A stretch of 64,000 bases of DNA. It comes from Cyanobacteria bacterium P01_D01_bin.156 (GTDB lineage: Bacteria > Cyanobacteriota > Cyanobacteriia > Phormidesmidales > Phormidesmidaceae). The notes under the pieces are model-generated. The model ran no database searches. It was not told the origin of the DNA and saw only the letters and a list, made by a program, of their open reading frames with translations. Location: positions 32,001-96,000 of the forward strand of contig JBCCQQ010000006.1 in NCBI GenBank assembly GCA_039024555.1. Direction: 5' to 3'. A program made the translations under genes and the position numbers. This document shows, in pieces, positions 1 to 10,397 of this stretch (the first letter of the stretch is position 1; each line of letters begins with the position of its first letter).

Positions 1-218
1 ATGTAAGTGACCAAATATATATATATTTTTTGATATGTAGTTGAAGGCTCTAGCTAGTGTTTGGGCATATTTGAAGCAATGATAACTAGACTTCTATTGT
101 CAATAAACTCTAGTTATTGCAACAAGACCATTGTCCTAAGTATTTTTACTTGCCGAACCACTGTCCATGGTTACAGTCCAAGAAACACTTAGCGACTTGC
201 GATCGCATCACCCATATC

Positions 219-2897
219 ATGAAGGATTGCTTAAGGACCGCATTGATAGCTCAAGGAATTGTCTTGGCGGGCCTAGGCTTAAGTGATATCAGCTTAGCTC
301 AGGTGATACCTGACGCATCTTTGCCGATAGATTCACTGGTTGATTTTCCTGGCTGTAATACCCTCTGTACAATTACAGGCGGAACAGCTCAAGGAGCTAA
401 TTTATTTCATAGCTTTAGTGAATTTTCACTACCCACAGGAGGGGTAGCAGCCTTTGATGAAAGCCTCACAATTGAAACAATCATTGGGCGAGTGACTAGC
501 GACAAGGTTTCCAACATTGATGGCACTCTCCGCAGCAATCAGGCAAATCTGTTTTTGCTCAACCCCAATGGATTTATCTTTGGTCCCAATGCCGCTTTAG
601 ATGTAGGGGGGGCTTTTGTCGCAACTACTGCGGAAAGCATACAGTTTCAAGATGGTACTAATTTCCGTGTTGCTGATGCAGCTCCACTGTTATCCGTCAG
701 TACTCCAGTGGGACTGCAATTGGGTGAACAAGCCGGAATTATTCAAGTGGGAACAACCGCAACACCAGGCATTGGAAATCAGCTGTATCTCAATCCTAAT
801 GGTTCCATTAATCGAACTGATAAAAGTAGCGGTGGTGGTTTGGCTGTTGACAGTGGTCAAACGTTAGCCCTATTGGCCAATGGAATCTCGCTTGTTGGAG
901 GTAACTTGGCTGCCCCCGAGGGGCATATTGACTTGGGTAGTGTTAGTGAACCAGCTTTCATTTCCATAGAGCAGACTAATACCACTTGGCAGTTTGACTA
1001 TAGCGGTGTCGATGACTTTGGTGATATCACCCTAACCCAAGCAGCTTCTGTTGACGTAAGCGGAGATAGTAGCGGTAGTCTTCAAATAATCGGTAATCAT
1101 ATTGACTTAGCAGATGGCTCAGCTCTGATTGCCGAAACGCTGGGTAATGGAATAGGAGGGTTCATCAATGTTCAAGCAAAAGATATTAAGTTGGAGGGTA
1201 TATCTTCCCTTGCTCCTCCAGCTTCCCCGCCAATACCAGGACTCCTCTCTAATCTTCCCTTGGTAACTGGCATCTTTGCCAATGTGGCTTTGGCACAATC
1301 AGGGGAAGGTAGTGACCTGACTATCAATACCCAAAGTTTAACGGTGACTGATGGGGCTCAGGTTACAGCGGCAACTTTTGGGGCAGGCGCAAGCGGTAAT
1401 CTAACTGTTAATGCCCAAGATATTAGGGTAAGTGGAGGTACACCTGGAGGTCCCAGTGGGTTGCTAGCAGCGGTTGCTCCTCGCACACCAATTTATGGTG
1501 ATGCCGGACAGACACTGGTTGATGCGGGCCTTGCTGAGTTACGAATCCCCCCTAACTCAGGTTCACCTCTATTATTTGCACTTCCCCCTGTTGCCACAGG
1601 TAATAGTGGCAACGTAACGATTGAAACTCAATCTCTCGTTGTTGAAGATGGAGCTCAAATCTATTCAAGGAGTGCAGGCTTGGGAAATGCTGGTAGTCTG
1701 CATATCCAAGCTGACACCATAGACATCACTGGTAGTAATCTGGGGGGGCCGAGTACGCTACAGGCATCTGCAGAAACTCCTATTGATGGAGCAGGCAATG
1801 CCAGTGATATCACAATCAACACTCGCCTACTCAATGTTAGCGATGGAGGGCAGATTTCCACAGGAACCCAAGGCCCCGGTGATGGGGGGAATGTATTGAT
1901 CAATGCAACAGAATCAGTGTCTCTTTCAGGCAACGATGAAGCCGGACGAAGCGGTATTTTTAGTAGTGCCATTAGTCTAGCGGGTTTTTCTGCAGGCACT
2001 GGTCAGGGAGGAAATGTTACGGTAAACACGCCATATCTGGAAATTCGTGAGGGCGCTAACATCAGTGCCAGTAATTTTCCGAGTACTGAGAATCCAAGAC
2101 TTGCTCCAGGGACGGGGGCCGCCGGTACAGTGAATCTCAACATCCAAGGTGATGAAGGAATACTCCTGTTAGATGAGGGAGAAATTACTGCAGCATCCTT
2201 ATTAGAAAATGGCGGTAATATCAACTTAGATGTTCAAGATATATTACTGCTGCGCAATGAAAGCCACATTACAGCACGGGCAGGTACAGGTGGAGCTGGA
2301 GGCAACATCAACATTACAACCCCTTTTCTAGTAGCTATTCCCAACGAGGACAGCGATATTATTGCTAGCGCTTTGAATGGTCCCGGTGGCAACATAGTGA
2401 TTACTGCATCCAGCATTCTTAGCTTGCAAGAGCGCCCTGCTATTCCAGGTAATGGAACCAACGATATTGACGCAAGCTCCCAATTTGGCCTAGATGGTAC
2501 TGTAACTATTCAGAATCCGGAGTTAGATCCGGGCCAGGGGCTAACTACCCTTCCTACCAACTTGATCGACCGTTCAACCTTATTTTCCCAATCTTGTGGG
2601 GTCGATGATACGAGTACTAATTATTTCACTCTGACAGGGCGAGGTGGGGTACCTTCTCATCCTGGCTACACATTAGAAGACTCTACAGCGCTTGCGGATC
2701 TCGGCAGTCGTTCGAATCATGTAACCAATAGTCAAATACAGCCCACCAATTCAGATAGCTTACCAAAAGCGTTCGGCACTACGAGCGTTGTGGAGGCACG
2801 CAGCTGGACAACAAATGATGCAGGGGAACCAGTCCTAATAGCTCGAGCCAATACGGCTATTTCTCAAACAAACGCGCTTCCCTATGCTTCATGCTAG
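219..2897 (+). CDS. Filamentous haemagglutinin-family (TpsA-like) secreted beta-helical protein
   Basis: Signal peptide ending SLA-QVIPD; haemagglutination-activity motifs NLFHSFSEF and LFLLNPNGFIFG; repeated G-x-A/S-GN-x-TI beta-helix units; C-terminal FTLTGRGGVP and VEARSW motifs. ATG 219 preferred over TTG 117. Confidence 0.85.
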   Translation: MKDCLRTALIAQGIVLAGLGLSDISLAQVIPDASLPIDSLVDFPGCNTLCTITGGTAQGANLFHSFSEFSLPTGGVAAFDESLTIETIIGRVTSDKVSNIDGTLRSNQANLFLLNPNGFIFGPNAALDVGGAFVATTAESIQFQDGTNFRVADAAPLLSVSTPVGLQLGEQAGIIQVGTTATPGIGNQLYLNPNGSINRTDKSSGGGLAVDSGQTLALLANGISLVGGNLAAPEGHIDLGSVSEPAFISIEQTNTTWQFDYSGVDDFGDITLTQAASVDVSGDSSGSLQIIGNHIDLADGSALIAETLGNGIGGFINVQAKDIKLEGISSLAPPASPPIPGLLSNLPLVTGIFANVALAQSGEGSDLTINTQSLTVTDGAQVTAATFGAGASGNLTVNAQDIRVSGGTPGGPSGLLAAVAPRTPIYGDAGQTLVDAGLAELRIPPNSGSPLLFALPPVATGNSGNVTIETQSLVVEDGAQIYSRSAGLGNAGSLHIQADTIDITGSNLGGPSTLQASAETPIDGAGNASDITINTRLLNVSDGGQISTGTQGPGDGGNVLINATESVSLSGNDEAGRSGIFSSAISLAGFSAGTGQGGNVTVNTPYLEIREGANISASNFPSTENPRLAPGTGAAGTVNLNIQGDEGILLLDEGEITAASLLENGGNINLDVQDILLLRNESHITARAGTGGAGGNINITTPFLVAIPNEDSDIIASALNGPGGNIVITASSILSLQERPAIPGNGTNDIDASSQFGLDGTVTIQNPELDPGQGLTTLPTNLIDRSTLFSQSCGVDDTSTNYFTLTGRGGVPSHPGYTLEDSTALADLGSRSNHVTNSQIQPTNSDSLPKAFGTTSVVEARSWTTNDAGEPVLIARANTAISQTNALPYASC

Positions 2898-3042
2898 GGA
2901 TGATAGGTTATTGCACATGGGTAGGCATACAAAATTTTTACAAGGGACTTTAACAGAATGGCTTGATTTTAGGCAGTTATTTAGGGCCTGTTCTGTAACT
3001 AATTCTGCATAGACACTTAACAATCGAACATAGTCCTTTTAC

Positions 3043-3128
3043 CGTTGCTGATTTATGGGATGGACCGATCTGATGATGCTTAACTGTGCCGACTGTTTCA
3101 GGAAAAATCATCCCGAGGCTCAGCAACG
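3043..3128 (+). mobile_element. ~87-bp dispersed inverted-repeat element (MITE/REP-like), copy 1
   Basis: Terminal inverted repeat CGTTGCTGA...TCAGCAACG; nearly identical to copy 5 at 36792. Confidence 0.8.
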
Positions 3129-3400
3129 CCGTCCTTGTTAATTGGGAGCATCAAGATTAACGTGTTTCAGACATATCCATACAATAAATAATTAAATAGC
3201 CAGAAGTGGCAGAATTTACCCCAGTCTTTATGCAGATTAATTCGCGCTAAATATTATTCAGAATATGTTTCATTTTTTAGCAAACGCGCTACTAATGTAA
3301 AAAATAGCACCTCTGCCAAGGCACAATACAGTCAAGGCGCATCAGCACATCTACCAGTTGCTGGTTCGGTGAAACTCTGAACTGCTGCTTAAGATATCCC

Positions 3401-6400
3401 ATGTCATCAGCCTCCCTTTCTCTCCAGGATGCATTTATTTCCTATGGAAGAGTCGATAGTAAAGAATTTGCCAGTAAGCTGAATCACTGTCTTGTTGAGC
3501 AAGGTTTGGAGGTATGGTTTGACTTTGATGACATTCCTCTAGGGGTGGACTATCAAAATCAGATTGATGATGGCATTGAGCGTAGCCAAAACTTTTTGTT
3601 CATTATTTCTCCCCATTCAGTCAACTCTGCCTACTGCCGCTTAGAAATTGAACATGCCCTACAGTTAGGAAAACGTATTATCCCTCTGTTGCATGTAGAA
3701 AACATTGGAAGAGATACCTGGCAAGCGCGTAATCCTGGCGGAACTGAGACAGATTGGCAAGATTATCAAGCCAAGGGGATGCATTCAAGTTATCCCAATA
3801 TGCATCCCATTATCAGTAAGATCAACTGGGTGTATTTTCGTGAGGGTATTGATGATTTTCAAACATCTCTTAAGGGACTGCTAGAGATTTTTGAGCGTCA
3901 GCAGGACTATGTTCATCGACACACTGTACTACTTTCTCAGGCATTGACCTGGCAGCGAAACCAAAAACAGGCCCAATATTTACTGACAGGACAAAACCGT
4001 ATTCAGGCAGAGAAGTGGCTTAAGCAGCGGTTCACAGTCGAACAAGCTCCCTGTCAACTCATTGATCTCCACTGTGAGTTTATTTGCGAAAGCATTAAAA
4101 ATGGCAACGGGTTGATGACCGATATCTTCCTATCTTATTCGGAAAAAGATAGGGAGCTGATGGACCAGCTACGTCAGTCCTTAATGAGAGAAGGGTTTAC
4201 GACTTGGATCAATCGTACTGATATTCAGGTCAGTGGTGATTTCCAAATGGCTATCAATAAAGGGATTGAAGAGGCTAGCCGGATGGTGTATTTGATTTCA
4301 CCAGATTCTTTGACCTCTCAATATTGTCAACAGGAGTTGAACTATGCCCGTCAGCTTAATAAGCAAATCATTCCCTTATTGATGCGGCCGGTTGATTTGG
4401 ATCAGATGGCAGATGATTTAAGGGCACTCCAGTTTATTAATTTTGCAAATAATGCCGACGGTGACACAGTTGCTTATCAGAAGGATATGGATAAGCTGGT
4501 TAAACTCCTTCAAGAGGACAGTGATTATTATCATCAGCATAAACACTTGCTGGTAAAAGCTTTAAAGTGGCAGCAAAATCAACACAATCCTAGCTTGTTG
4601 TTACGGGGATATAATCTAGGCCACGCTGAAGCTTGGCTAAAGATAGGACGCAAGCATGGTCAGCAAAAGCCATTGACGCTACAGGAAGAATTTATCCAGG
4701 AAAGTCTGCGTCAGCCGCCCAACCAGTCTACTGATGTTTTTGTTTCTTACTCTCGGGCAGACTCTGACTTTGCTCGTCAGCTAAACGACGCTCTTCAGTT
4801 GCAGGGGAAAACCACCTGGTTTGATCAAGAGAGCATTGTTGCTGGAGCAGCAAATTTTAAAGAGGAGATTTTTAGTGGTATTGAGAGTGCCGACCATTTT
4901 TTGTTTATCATTTCTCCTCGGTCCATTCAATCTCCTTACTGTGCTGAAGAAGTAGAGTATGCTCAAAGTTTGAATAAACGGATGCTGACAGTATTGCATC
5001 AGCCTATCAATATAAAGGAGTTGCATTCAGCTCTAGCATCCGTACAGTGGATTGACTTTCATAGCAAGACGAATGATTTTAATGCTAATTTTAGTACTCT
5101 TCTGCGAGCGTTAGATAACGATCCGGTTCATTTAAGATTTCACACCCGGCTTTTGGTTCAAGCGCTAGAGTGGGATCAACAAGATCGAGATGAGAGTCTG
5201 TTGTTGCGAGGTAAAGCTCGACGAGAGACTGAAACTTGGTTGTTAGAATCTAAGGGGAAATCTCCAAAACCAACTAGTCTGCAGCAGGATTTTGTTACAG
5301 CCTCTGCTTCTGAAGAAATTCGTCGGCAGCGCTCAGCCATCCGTTTGCAGAGGATTGGCATTGGGGTTATTAGCGTTGTTTCCTTGGTTGCGATCGCACT
5401 CGGGATTGTTGCTAATCAGCTGAGAAGCCGTGCTCGCGCTGAAACTGCTCGCGCTGAAACCGCGCAACAGGAAGCTGAGCTGCAACAAATCATAGCTCGT
5501 ACAGAAACCTCTGAGGCTCTTTTTGAGTCGGATCAGCCGTTTGAAGCACTTTTAGAAGCTATGCAGGCTGGTATCGAACTGAAGAATAAAGAGGATGAAC
5601 TCAACAGTAACGGTGACGAAGCTGATGAGGTAAATCAATCTAAATTAGCTACATCCCATGTGGAAGTGGTCACAGCTCTCCAGCAGGCTGTTTTTTGGGT
5701 ACGGGAGAAGAATAATCTGGATGGACATGACGGCATCATTTGGGACACGGCTATCAGTAAGAATGGCAAGATGATTGCATCGGCTAGTGCCGATGGCTCA
5801 GCTCGGTTGTGGAAAACAGATGGTAGCCAGTTAGGAGAGCCATTTTCTGCAGACGATACTCAAGTTCTTAGTGTTGCCTTTAGCCCTGATGCGAGACTAT
5901 TAGCGATAGGCTTGGAAAAGGGCGAAATTCAACTATGGCAGATAGAACCAAAGCGGTTATTGTTGACCACTATGGTACATAGTGAAGCGCCAGTAACAGA
6001 TCTTGCTTTCTCAAGTGACGGTCAGATTATTGCGTCGGCTAGTGAAGATAAAACGGTTCGTCTGTGGAAGCCGGATGGCACTTCCCTAAAAACTTTGACA
6101 CAACATATTGCAGCTGTGCGGGCAGTAGAATTTAGCCCAGATGGAAAGTTGTTAGCCACTGGAGCAGACGATAGCACCATTCGGTTATATACTCCCAGTG
6201 GAGATTTTCTAAAGACTCTTAGTGGACATAACGCTCAGGTAAAAGGGATTGCCTTTAGTCCTGACAGTTCTATGTTGGCATCAGCTAGCTGGGATGAGAC
6301 TGTACGCCTTTGGAAAACTTCAGGCGAGCTGATTAAAGATATACGTGGTCACAATACCCTAGTTTACGATGTGAGTTTTAGCCCAGATGGTAAATATTTA

Positions 6401-7588
6401 GCTTCTGCCAGCTGGGATAAAACTATTAAAACCTGGACTTTAAAGGGAGAATCAATCACCACTGTCTATGGGCACACTGCTCAGATCCACAGCATTGGGT
6501 TCATAACCCTTGACGACTCAAATCATCAACTTGTATCCGGTGGTGGTGACCGTACCATTCGCCTTTGGAAATTAAATCGTCCCTTAATTACTTCTCTACG
6601 GGACCATCAGGCTGGTGTATATAGTGTCGTCTTTTCGCCAGATGACGACACTATCGCTTCAGCTGGTGCCGATAATACTATTCGACTTTGGGATAAACAG
6701 GGCAATATCCGTGACAGGCTCACAGGCCATACATCAGTTATTTGGAAAGTACTCTACAGCCCAGATGGTAAAACTTTGGCATCAGCTAGCTCAGACTATA
6801 CTGCTAAACTCTGGAGCCATGAAGGTAAGTTGTTGAGGACTCTAGAAGAGCATAAGGGACCTGTTTATGCTTTGGCCTTTAGTCCAGATGGTAAATTATT
6901 GGCCACTGGAGCTGCGGATCGCACTATTCGCATTTTTCAACTAGATGGGACTTTAGTTACCGAGATTCCTGATTTGGATAAGGATGTATTGAGTTTAGCC
7001 TTTAGCCCAGATGGTAAAACTTTGGCCAGTTCCGGATGGGAACATTTTGTTCGTCGATGGACCTTAGATGGCAAAGAACTAGAGCCCTTAAAGGGGCATC
7101 GAGGCTGGATCCAGGAGGTAATCTATAGTCCAGATGGAAAGACTATTGCTACCGCTAGTTCCGACAACACCGCTAAAATTTGGGATCCTAATTCTGGGGA
7201 TTTACTCCACACCTTAGAAGGTCATCAGGATGGAGTGATTACCGTGCAGTTTAGCCACGATCAATCAAATCCAGATAAGAAATTAATTGCTACAGGCAGC
7301 TATGATCATACGGTGAAGCTATGGACCGCTTCTGGAGAGCTGCTGACTACTTTACGGGGACATGAAGGTCGAGTAAATGGCTTAAGCATCAGTCATGACC
7401 AAAAAATCCTGGCTACCGTAGGAGAAGATAAGCGACTACTATTATGGGATTTGAACCTGCAAGGCGAATTAAATTTGCTTCTCAAGCAAGGTTGTAATTG
7501 GTTAGAGGGGTATCAAAATACTAACCCTAAGGCTCCTCTAGAAATCAAAAATTACTGTAGTCAACAGTCCATAGAAACTACACCTTGA
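3401..7588 (+). CDS. Triple-TIR / transmembrane / WD40-repeat protein
   Basis: Three TIR starts (DAFISYGR, DIFLSYSE, DVFVSYSR), each followed by an LLxG...WL helical block; TM segment IGIGVISVVSLVAIALGIVA; ~14 GH...WD repeats. Confidence 0.88.
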   Translation: MSSASLSLQDAFISYGRVDSKEFASKLNHCLVEQGLEVWFDFDDIPLGVDYQNQIDDGIERSQNFLFIISPHSVNSAYCRLEIEHALQLGKRIIPLLHVENIGRDTWQARNPGGTETDWQDYQAKGMHSSYPNMHPIISKINWVYFREGIDDFQTSLKGLLEIFERQQDYVHRHTVLLSQALTWQRNQKQAQYLLTGQNRIQAEKWLKQRFTVEQAPCQLIDLHCEFICESIKNGNGLMTDIFLSYSEKDRELMDQLRQSLMREGFTTWINRTDIQVSGDFQMAINKGIEEASRMVYLISPDSLTSQYCQQELNYARQLNKQIIPLLMRPVDLDQMADDLRALQFINFANNADGDTVAYQKDMDKLVKLLQEDSDYYHQHKHLLVKALKWQQNQHNPSLLLRGYNLGHAEAWLKIGRKHGQQKPLTLQEEFIQESLRQPPNQSTDVFVSYSRADSDFARQLNDALQLQGKTTWFDQESIVAGAANFKEEIFSGIESADHFLFIISPRSIQSPYCAEEVEYAQSLNKRMLTVLHQPINIKELHSALASVQWIDFHSKTNDFNANFSTLLRALDNDPVHLRFHTRLLVQALEWDQQDRDESLLLRGKARRETETWLLESKGKSPKPTSLQQDFVTASASEEIRRQRSAIRLQRIGIGVISVVSLVAIALGIVANQLRSRARAETARAETAQQEAELQQIIARTETSEALFESDQPFEALLEAMQAGIELKNKEDELNSNGDEADEVNQSKLATSHVEVVTALQQAVFWVREKNNLDGHDGIIWDTAISKNGKMIASASADGSARLWKTDGSQLGEPFSADDTQVLSVAFSPDARLLAIGLEKGEIQLWQIEPKRLLLTTMVHSEAPVTDLAFSSDGQIIASASEDKTVRLWKPDGTSLKTLTQHIAAVRAVEFSPDGKLLATGADDSTIRLYTPSGDFLKTLSGHNAQVKGIAFSPDSSMLASASWDETVRLWKTSGELIKDIRGHNTLVYDVSFSPDGKYLASASWDKTIKTWTLKGESITTVYGHTAQIHSIGFITLDDSNHQLVSGGGDRTIRLWKLNRPLITSLRDHQAGVYSVVFSPDDDTIASAGADNTIRLWDKQGNIRDRLTGHTSVIWKVLYSPDGKTLASASSDYTAKLWSHEGKLLRTLEEHKGPVYALAFSPDGKLLATGAADRTIRIFQLDGTLVTEIPDLDKDVLSLAFSPDGKTLASSGWEHFVRRWTLDGKELEPLKGHRGWIQEVIYSPDGKTIATASSDNTAKIWDPNSGDLLHTLEGHQDGVITVQFSHDQSNPDKKLIATGSYDHTVKLWTASGELLTTLRGHEGRVNGLSISHDQKILATVGEDKRLLLWDLNLQGELNLLLKQGCNWLEGYQNTNPKAPLEIKNYCSQQSIETTP

Positions 7589-7601
7589 TCACTTGTAAAC
7601 A

Positions 7602-8696
7602 TTACTGAGCGGGTGTTTGCATATTCATGAGACTAAATAGCTTGTAGAGTATACGGGCACTGACATTACCATCCCACTCATGATTGCCTGTTTCACAAAT
7701 GTCGCAACCGATGATGTACCGACCGCTGTGAACTACCTCACGCCACAGACAGTAGACCTCTTCTAGGTTTAATCCACCGGGTACAGGTGTTCCGGTATGG
7801 GGGCAAAGCTTTGGATCAAGGCCATCTACATCACAGCTGATGTAAATATTTTGGGGTAGGTGCTTAACAATCTCTTGACACTGTTCTAGCCAACCTTGGC
7901 CTGCGTAGGCTGACTGTTTTAGTTGAGTATCTAAATAGGTGATAATCCGTTTGTTAGATTGTTGAATTAGATTCATTTCACCATGGGAAATATCGCGAAT
8001 GCCCACCTGTACTAGTTTTGAAATCTGAGGTATTTGTATGGCATTAAACATAATGGAAGCATGGGACTGTTGAAATCCTTCATAGGCATTACGCAAGTCG
8101 CCATGAGCATCAACATGGAGGATGCCAAAATTAGAATACTGTTGAGCTAATGCCTGTAAAGTGCCCAATGGAACACTATGGTCGCCGCCAATAATAATAA
8201 TTTTCTTGTTATATCTCAAAGCAACTCGGGTCTGATAATTTACCCAGCGAGTCATCGTTTGGCAGCCTTGATTAACTCTTTCTAACGCTAGAGCTAGCTT
8301 TGGGTTACCCTCCGGAGTTATCCCCTGTTCTGCACCTCGAATGATTGCGATCGCATCCAATCGTAGTCGCCGATTTTTTGCCAACAGCCATTCCGGAATA
8401 GGCAGCATATAAATACCCTGTCGCCAGCCATCTGGATTATCAAAATCGTAAAAGTCTAGCTGGGGCGACGCTTTTAGAATAGCTGCAGGTCCTTCGCACG
8501 TGCCATCCTGGTAGGAGGTGGTTACATCCCAAGGTACTCCAATAACAATTGTGCTGGCATGGGCATAGTCATGGGGAAATCCAAAGACGTTACCATTAAC
8601 AGCTCCTACACCCCCTGGATCAAAGTTCGCGACTGCCTCAGCCACCCTATAGCGTATGTTAGGGACTTTTTTACTAGGGCGAGACCTTTTTGTCAT
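7602..8696 (-). CDS. speB: Agmatinase (ureohydrolase family)
   Basis: GGDHS, DAHGD and DVDGLDP...PHTGTPVPGG motifs; downstream of the speD-speE fusion. Confidence 0.8.
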   Translation of the reverse strand: MTKRSRPSKKVPNIRYRVAEAVANFDPGGVGAVNGNVFGFPHDYAHASTIVIGVPWDVTTSYQDGTCEGPAAILKASPQLDFYDFDNPDGWRQGIYMLPIPEWLLAKNRRLRLDAIAIIRGAEQGITPEGNPKLALALERVNQGCQTMTRWVNYQTRVALRYNKKIIIIGGDHSVPLGTLQALAQQYSNFGILHVDAHGDLRNAYEGFQQSHASIMFNAIQIPQISKLVQVGIRDISHGEMNLIQQSNKRIITYLDTQLKQSAYAGQGWLEQCQEIVKHLPQNIYISCDVDGLDPKLCPHTGTPVPGGLNLEEVYCLWREVVHSGRYIIGCDICETGNHEWDGNVSARILYKLFSLMNMQTPAQ

Positions 8697-8806
8697 ACTC
8701 TCCTTCAGCTAAAGTAGTTAATAATAGTAAGGGTTTCAATCATACGTTGTCCGCAAACTGGCATTTAATATTTGCGCAATAATTTTGGTTGACGACAGAT
8801 ATCAGA

Positions 8807-8842
8807 AAATATCTTGTTCCCTAAATGAAAGACAAGATATTT
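8807..8842. terminator. Intergenic stem-loop between speDE and speB
   Basis: Perfect 11-bp inverted repeat AAATATCTTGT / ACAAGATATTT. Confidence 0.5.
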
Positions 8843-8864
8843 AACTATGATGTCGTGTTAAAAC

Positions 8865-10148
8865 TTATTGGTTCAGCATTTTGTTGATAAATGTAGGTAA
8901 GCAAAATGCAGCTTTATGGATATCCCTGTTGTAATACTGTAAATTAAATTGATCCGAAATATTTTGTGCTCTTTCTTGGTCAATATCATTGACAGGATGC
9001 TTTCCATCCTTTGTGCAGTAGGTAAAACTCCACATACCTGTAGGGTAAGTGGGAATAAATGCTAAGTAGCAAAAGACATTTTCAGTTTGAAAAATATTCT
9101 TCAAACAGTGATTTAAATCTATAAACGCTTTTTGATTAAAGTGAGGAGATTCGCTCTGAGCCGTCATCACGCCACCAGGTCTTAAACAGCGATAAACGTC
9201 TTGATAGAAGTCCTTGGAGAACAGTCCCTCTGCAGGCCCAACTGGATCGGATGAATCCACCACAATCATGTCAAAACTATTCGCAGCAGACTGTTTTATA
9301 TAGTTAATGCCGTCGTCAATGACGAGATTGAGCTTGGGATGATCAAAGGCTGACGACAAACTAGGTAAAAATTCTTTTGATGCTCTAACAACAGCCTCAT
9401 CAATTTCTACCATGGTGACGCTGTTCACCTGTTCATGGCGTAGAATCTCCCGAATACTACCTCCATCCCCACCACCAATGACCAGCACATCCTTCACATC
9501 TGGCTGTATTACCATCGGCACATGAATTATCATTTCATGATAACCTTTTTCATCCTTTTCACTGCACATGACCATCTTGTCAACAGCCAACAGTTTGCCA
9601 TATTCAAATGTATCAAATACCTCTACAGTTTGATAAGGAGACTTTTCTCGAAATAGACAGTCTCCCTTATGACGTATTGAAAGAGCAATATTCTCGTTTC
9701 GATCCGTAAACCAAACACTACGACTATACTTGGGTACCAACAGTTGCTGCGCTGCATCCTCGCGCAGCTCTCCTAGCTCTATACTAGCCTTTTCCAACAG
9801 ATCCAGTTGTCCTCGGTTAATCTCCACTGCGGACCCATGCTCTGCGTGAAAAGCATGTTTAAGTATTTTATAGGATATCCATGGATTAACAGAGTCACCA
9901 CAGGTAAACAAATCCACTGCTGCATAGCGATATTCTGGCCAGGTATGAATAGCTAGATGACTTTCTTGAATAACGACCACACCCGACACACCAAAAGGAG
10001 AAAAATGATGAAATGCTGAACTAATAATAGTCGCACCAGCTTCTTTGGCTGCATTGACCATACTAGACTCAATACATGGGACATCGTTCAGGACCTCAGA
10101 AGAGCATCCGTGGAACTCTACTAAAATATGACGACCAAGAGATTTCAT
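8865..10148 (-). CDS. speE: S-adenosylmethionine decarboxylase - spermidine synthase fusion (SpeD-SpeE)
   Basis: N-terminal class 1b AdoMetDC ([24 protein letters not shown] with the E|S self-cleavage site); C-terminal aminopropyltransferase (YHEMIIH, GGGDGG, VEID, DSSDP, YPTGMW). Confidence 0.92.
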   Translation of the reverse strand: MKSLGRHILVEFHGCSSEVLNDVPCIESSMVNAAKEAGATIISSAFHHFSPFGVSGVVVIQESHLAIHTWPEYRYAAVDLFTCGDSVNPWISYKILKHAFHAEHGSAVEINRGQLDLLEKASIELGELREDAAQQLLVPKYSRSVWFTDRNENIALSIRHKGDCLFREKSPYQTVEVFDTFEYGKLLAVDKMVMCSEKDEKGYHEMIIHVPMVIQPDVKDVLVIGGGDGGSIREILRHEQVNSVTMVEIDEAVVRASKEFLPSLSSAFDHPKLNLVIDDGINYIKQSAANSFDMIVVDSSDPVGPAEGLFSKDFYQDVYRCLRPGGVMTAQSESPHFNQKAFIDLNHCLKNIFQTENVFCYLAFIPTYPTGMWSFTYCTKDGKHPVNDIDQERAQNISDQFNLQYYNRDIHKAAFCLPTFINKMLNQ

Positions 10149-10397
10149 AAATGTATAGCTCAGAGATAATTTATCTACAACAAGTTCCCTGTTTAACTAC
10201 TGGGAGCAACGGTGTCAAATACATAGCTGCTATATTGACCAAATGATGCGTGGAGCCAATAATCAACTGAGAATTAACGTGTTAGAAATCAACAATAGAC
10301 CACTATTAGATTAACTTAGCTAAATCAGTGTATACCTAATTGGGACACCATGTACCAAAGGCACATTAATCATAATTTTATTGCAGGGTTATCATAA

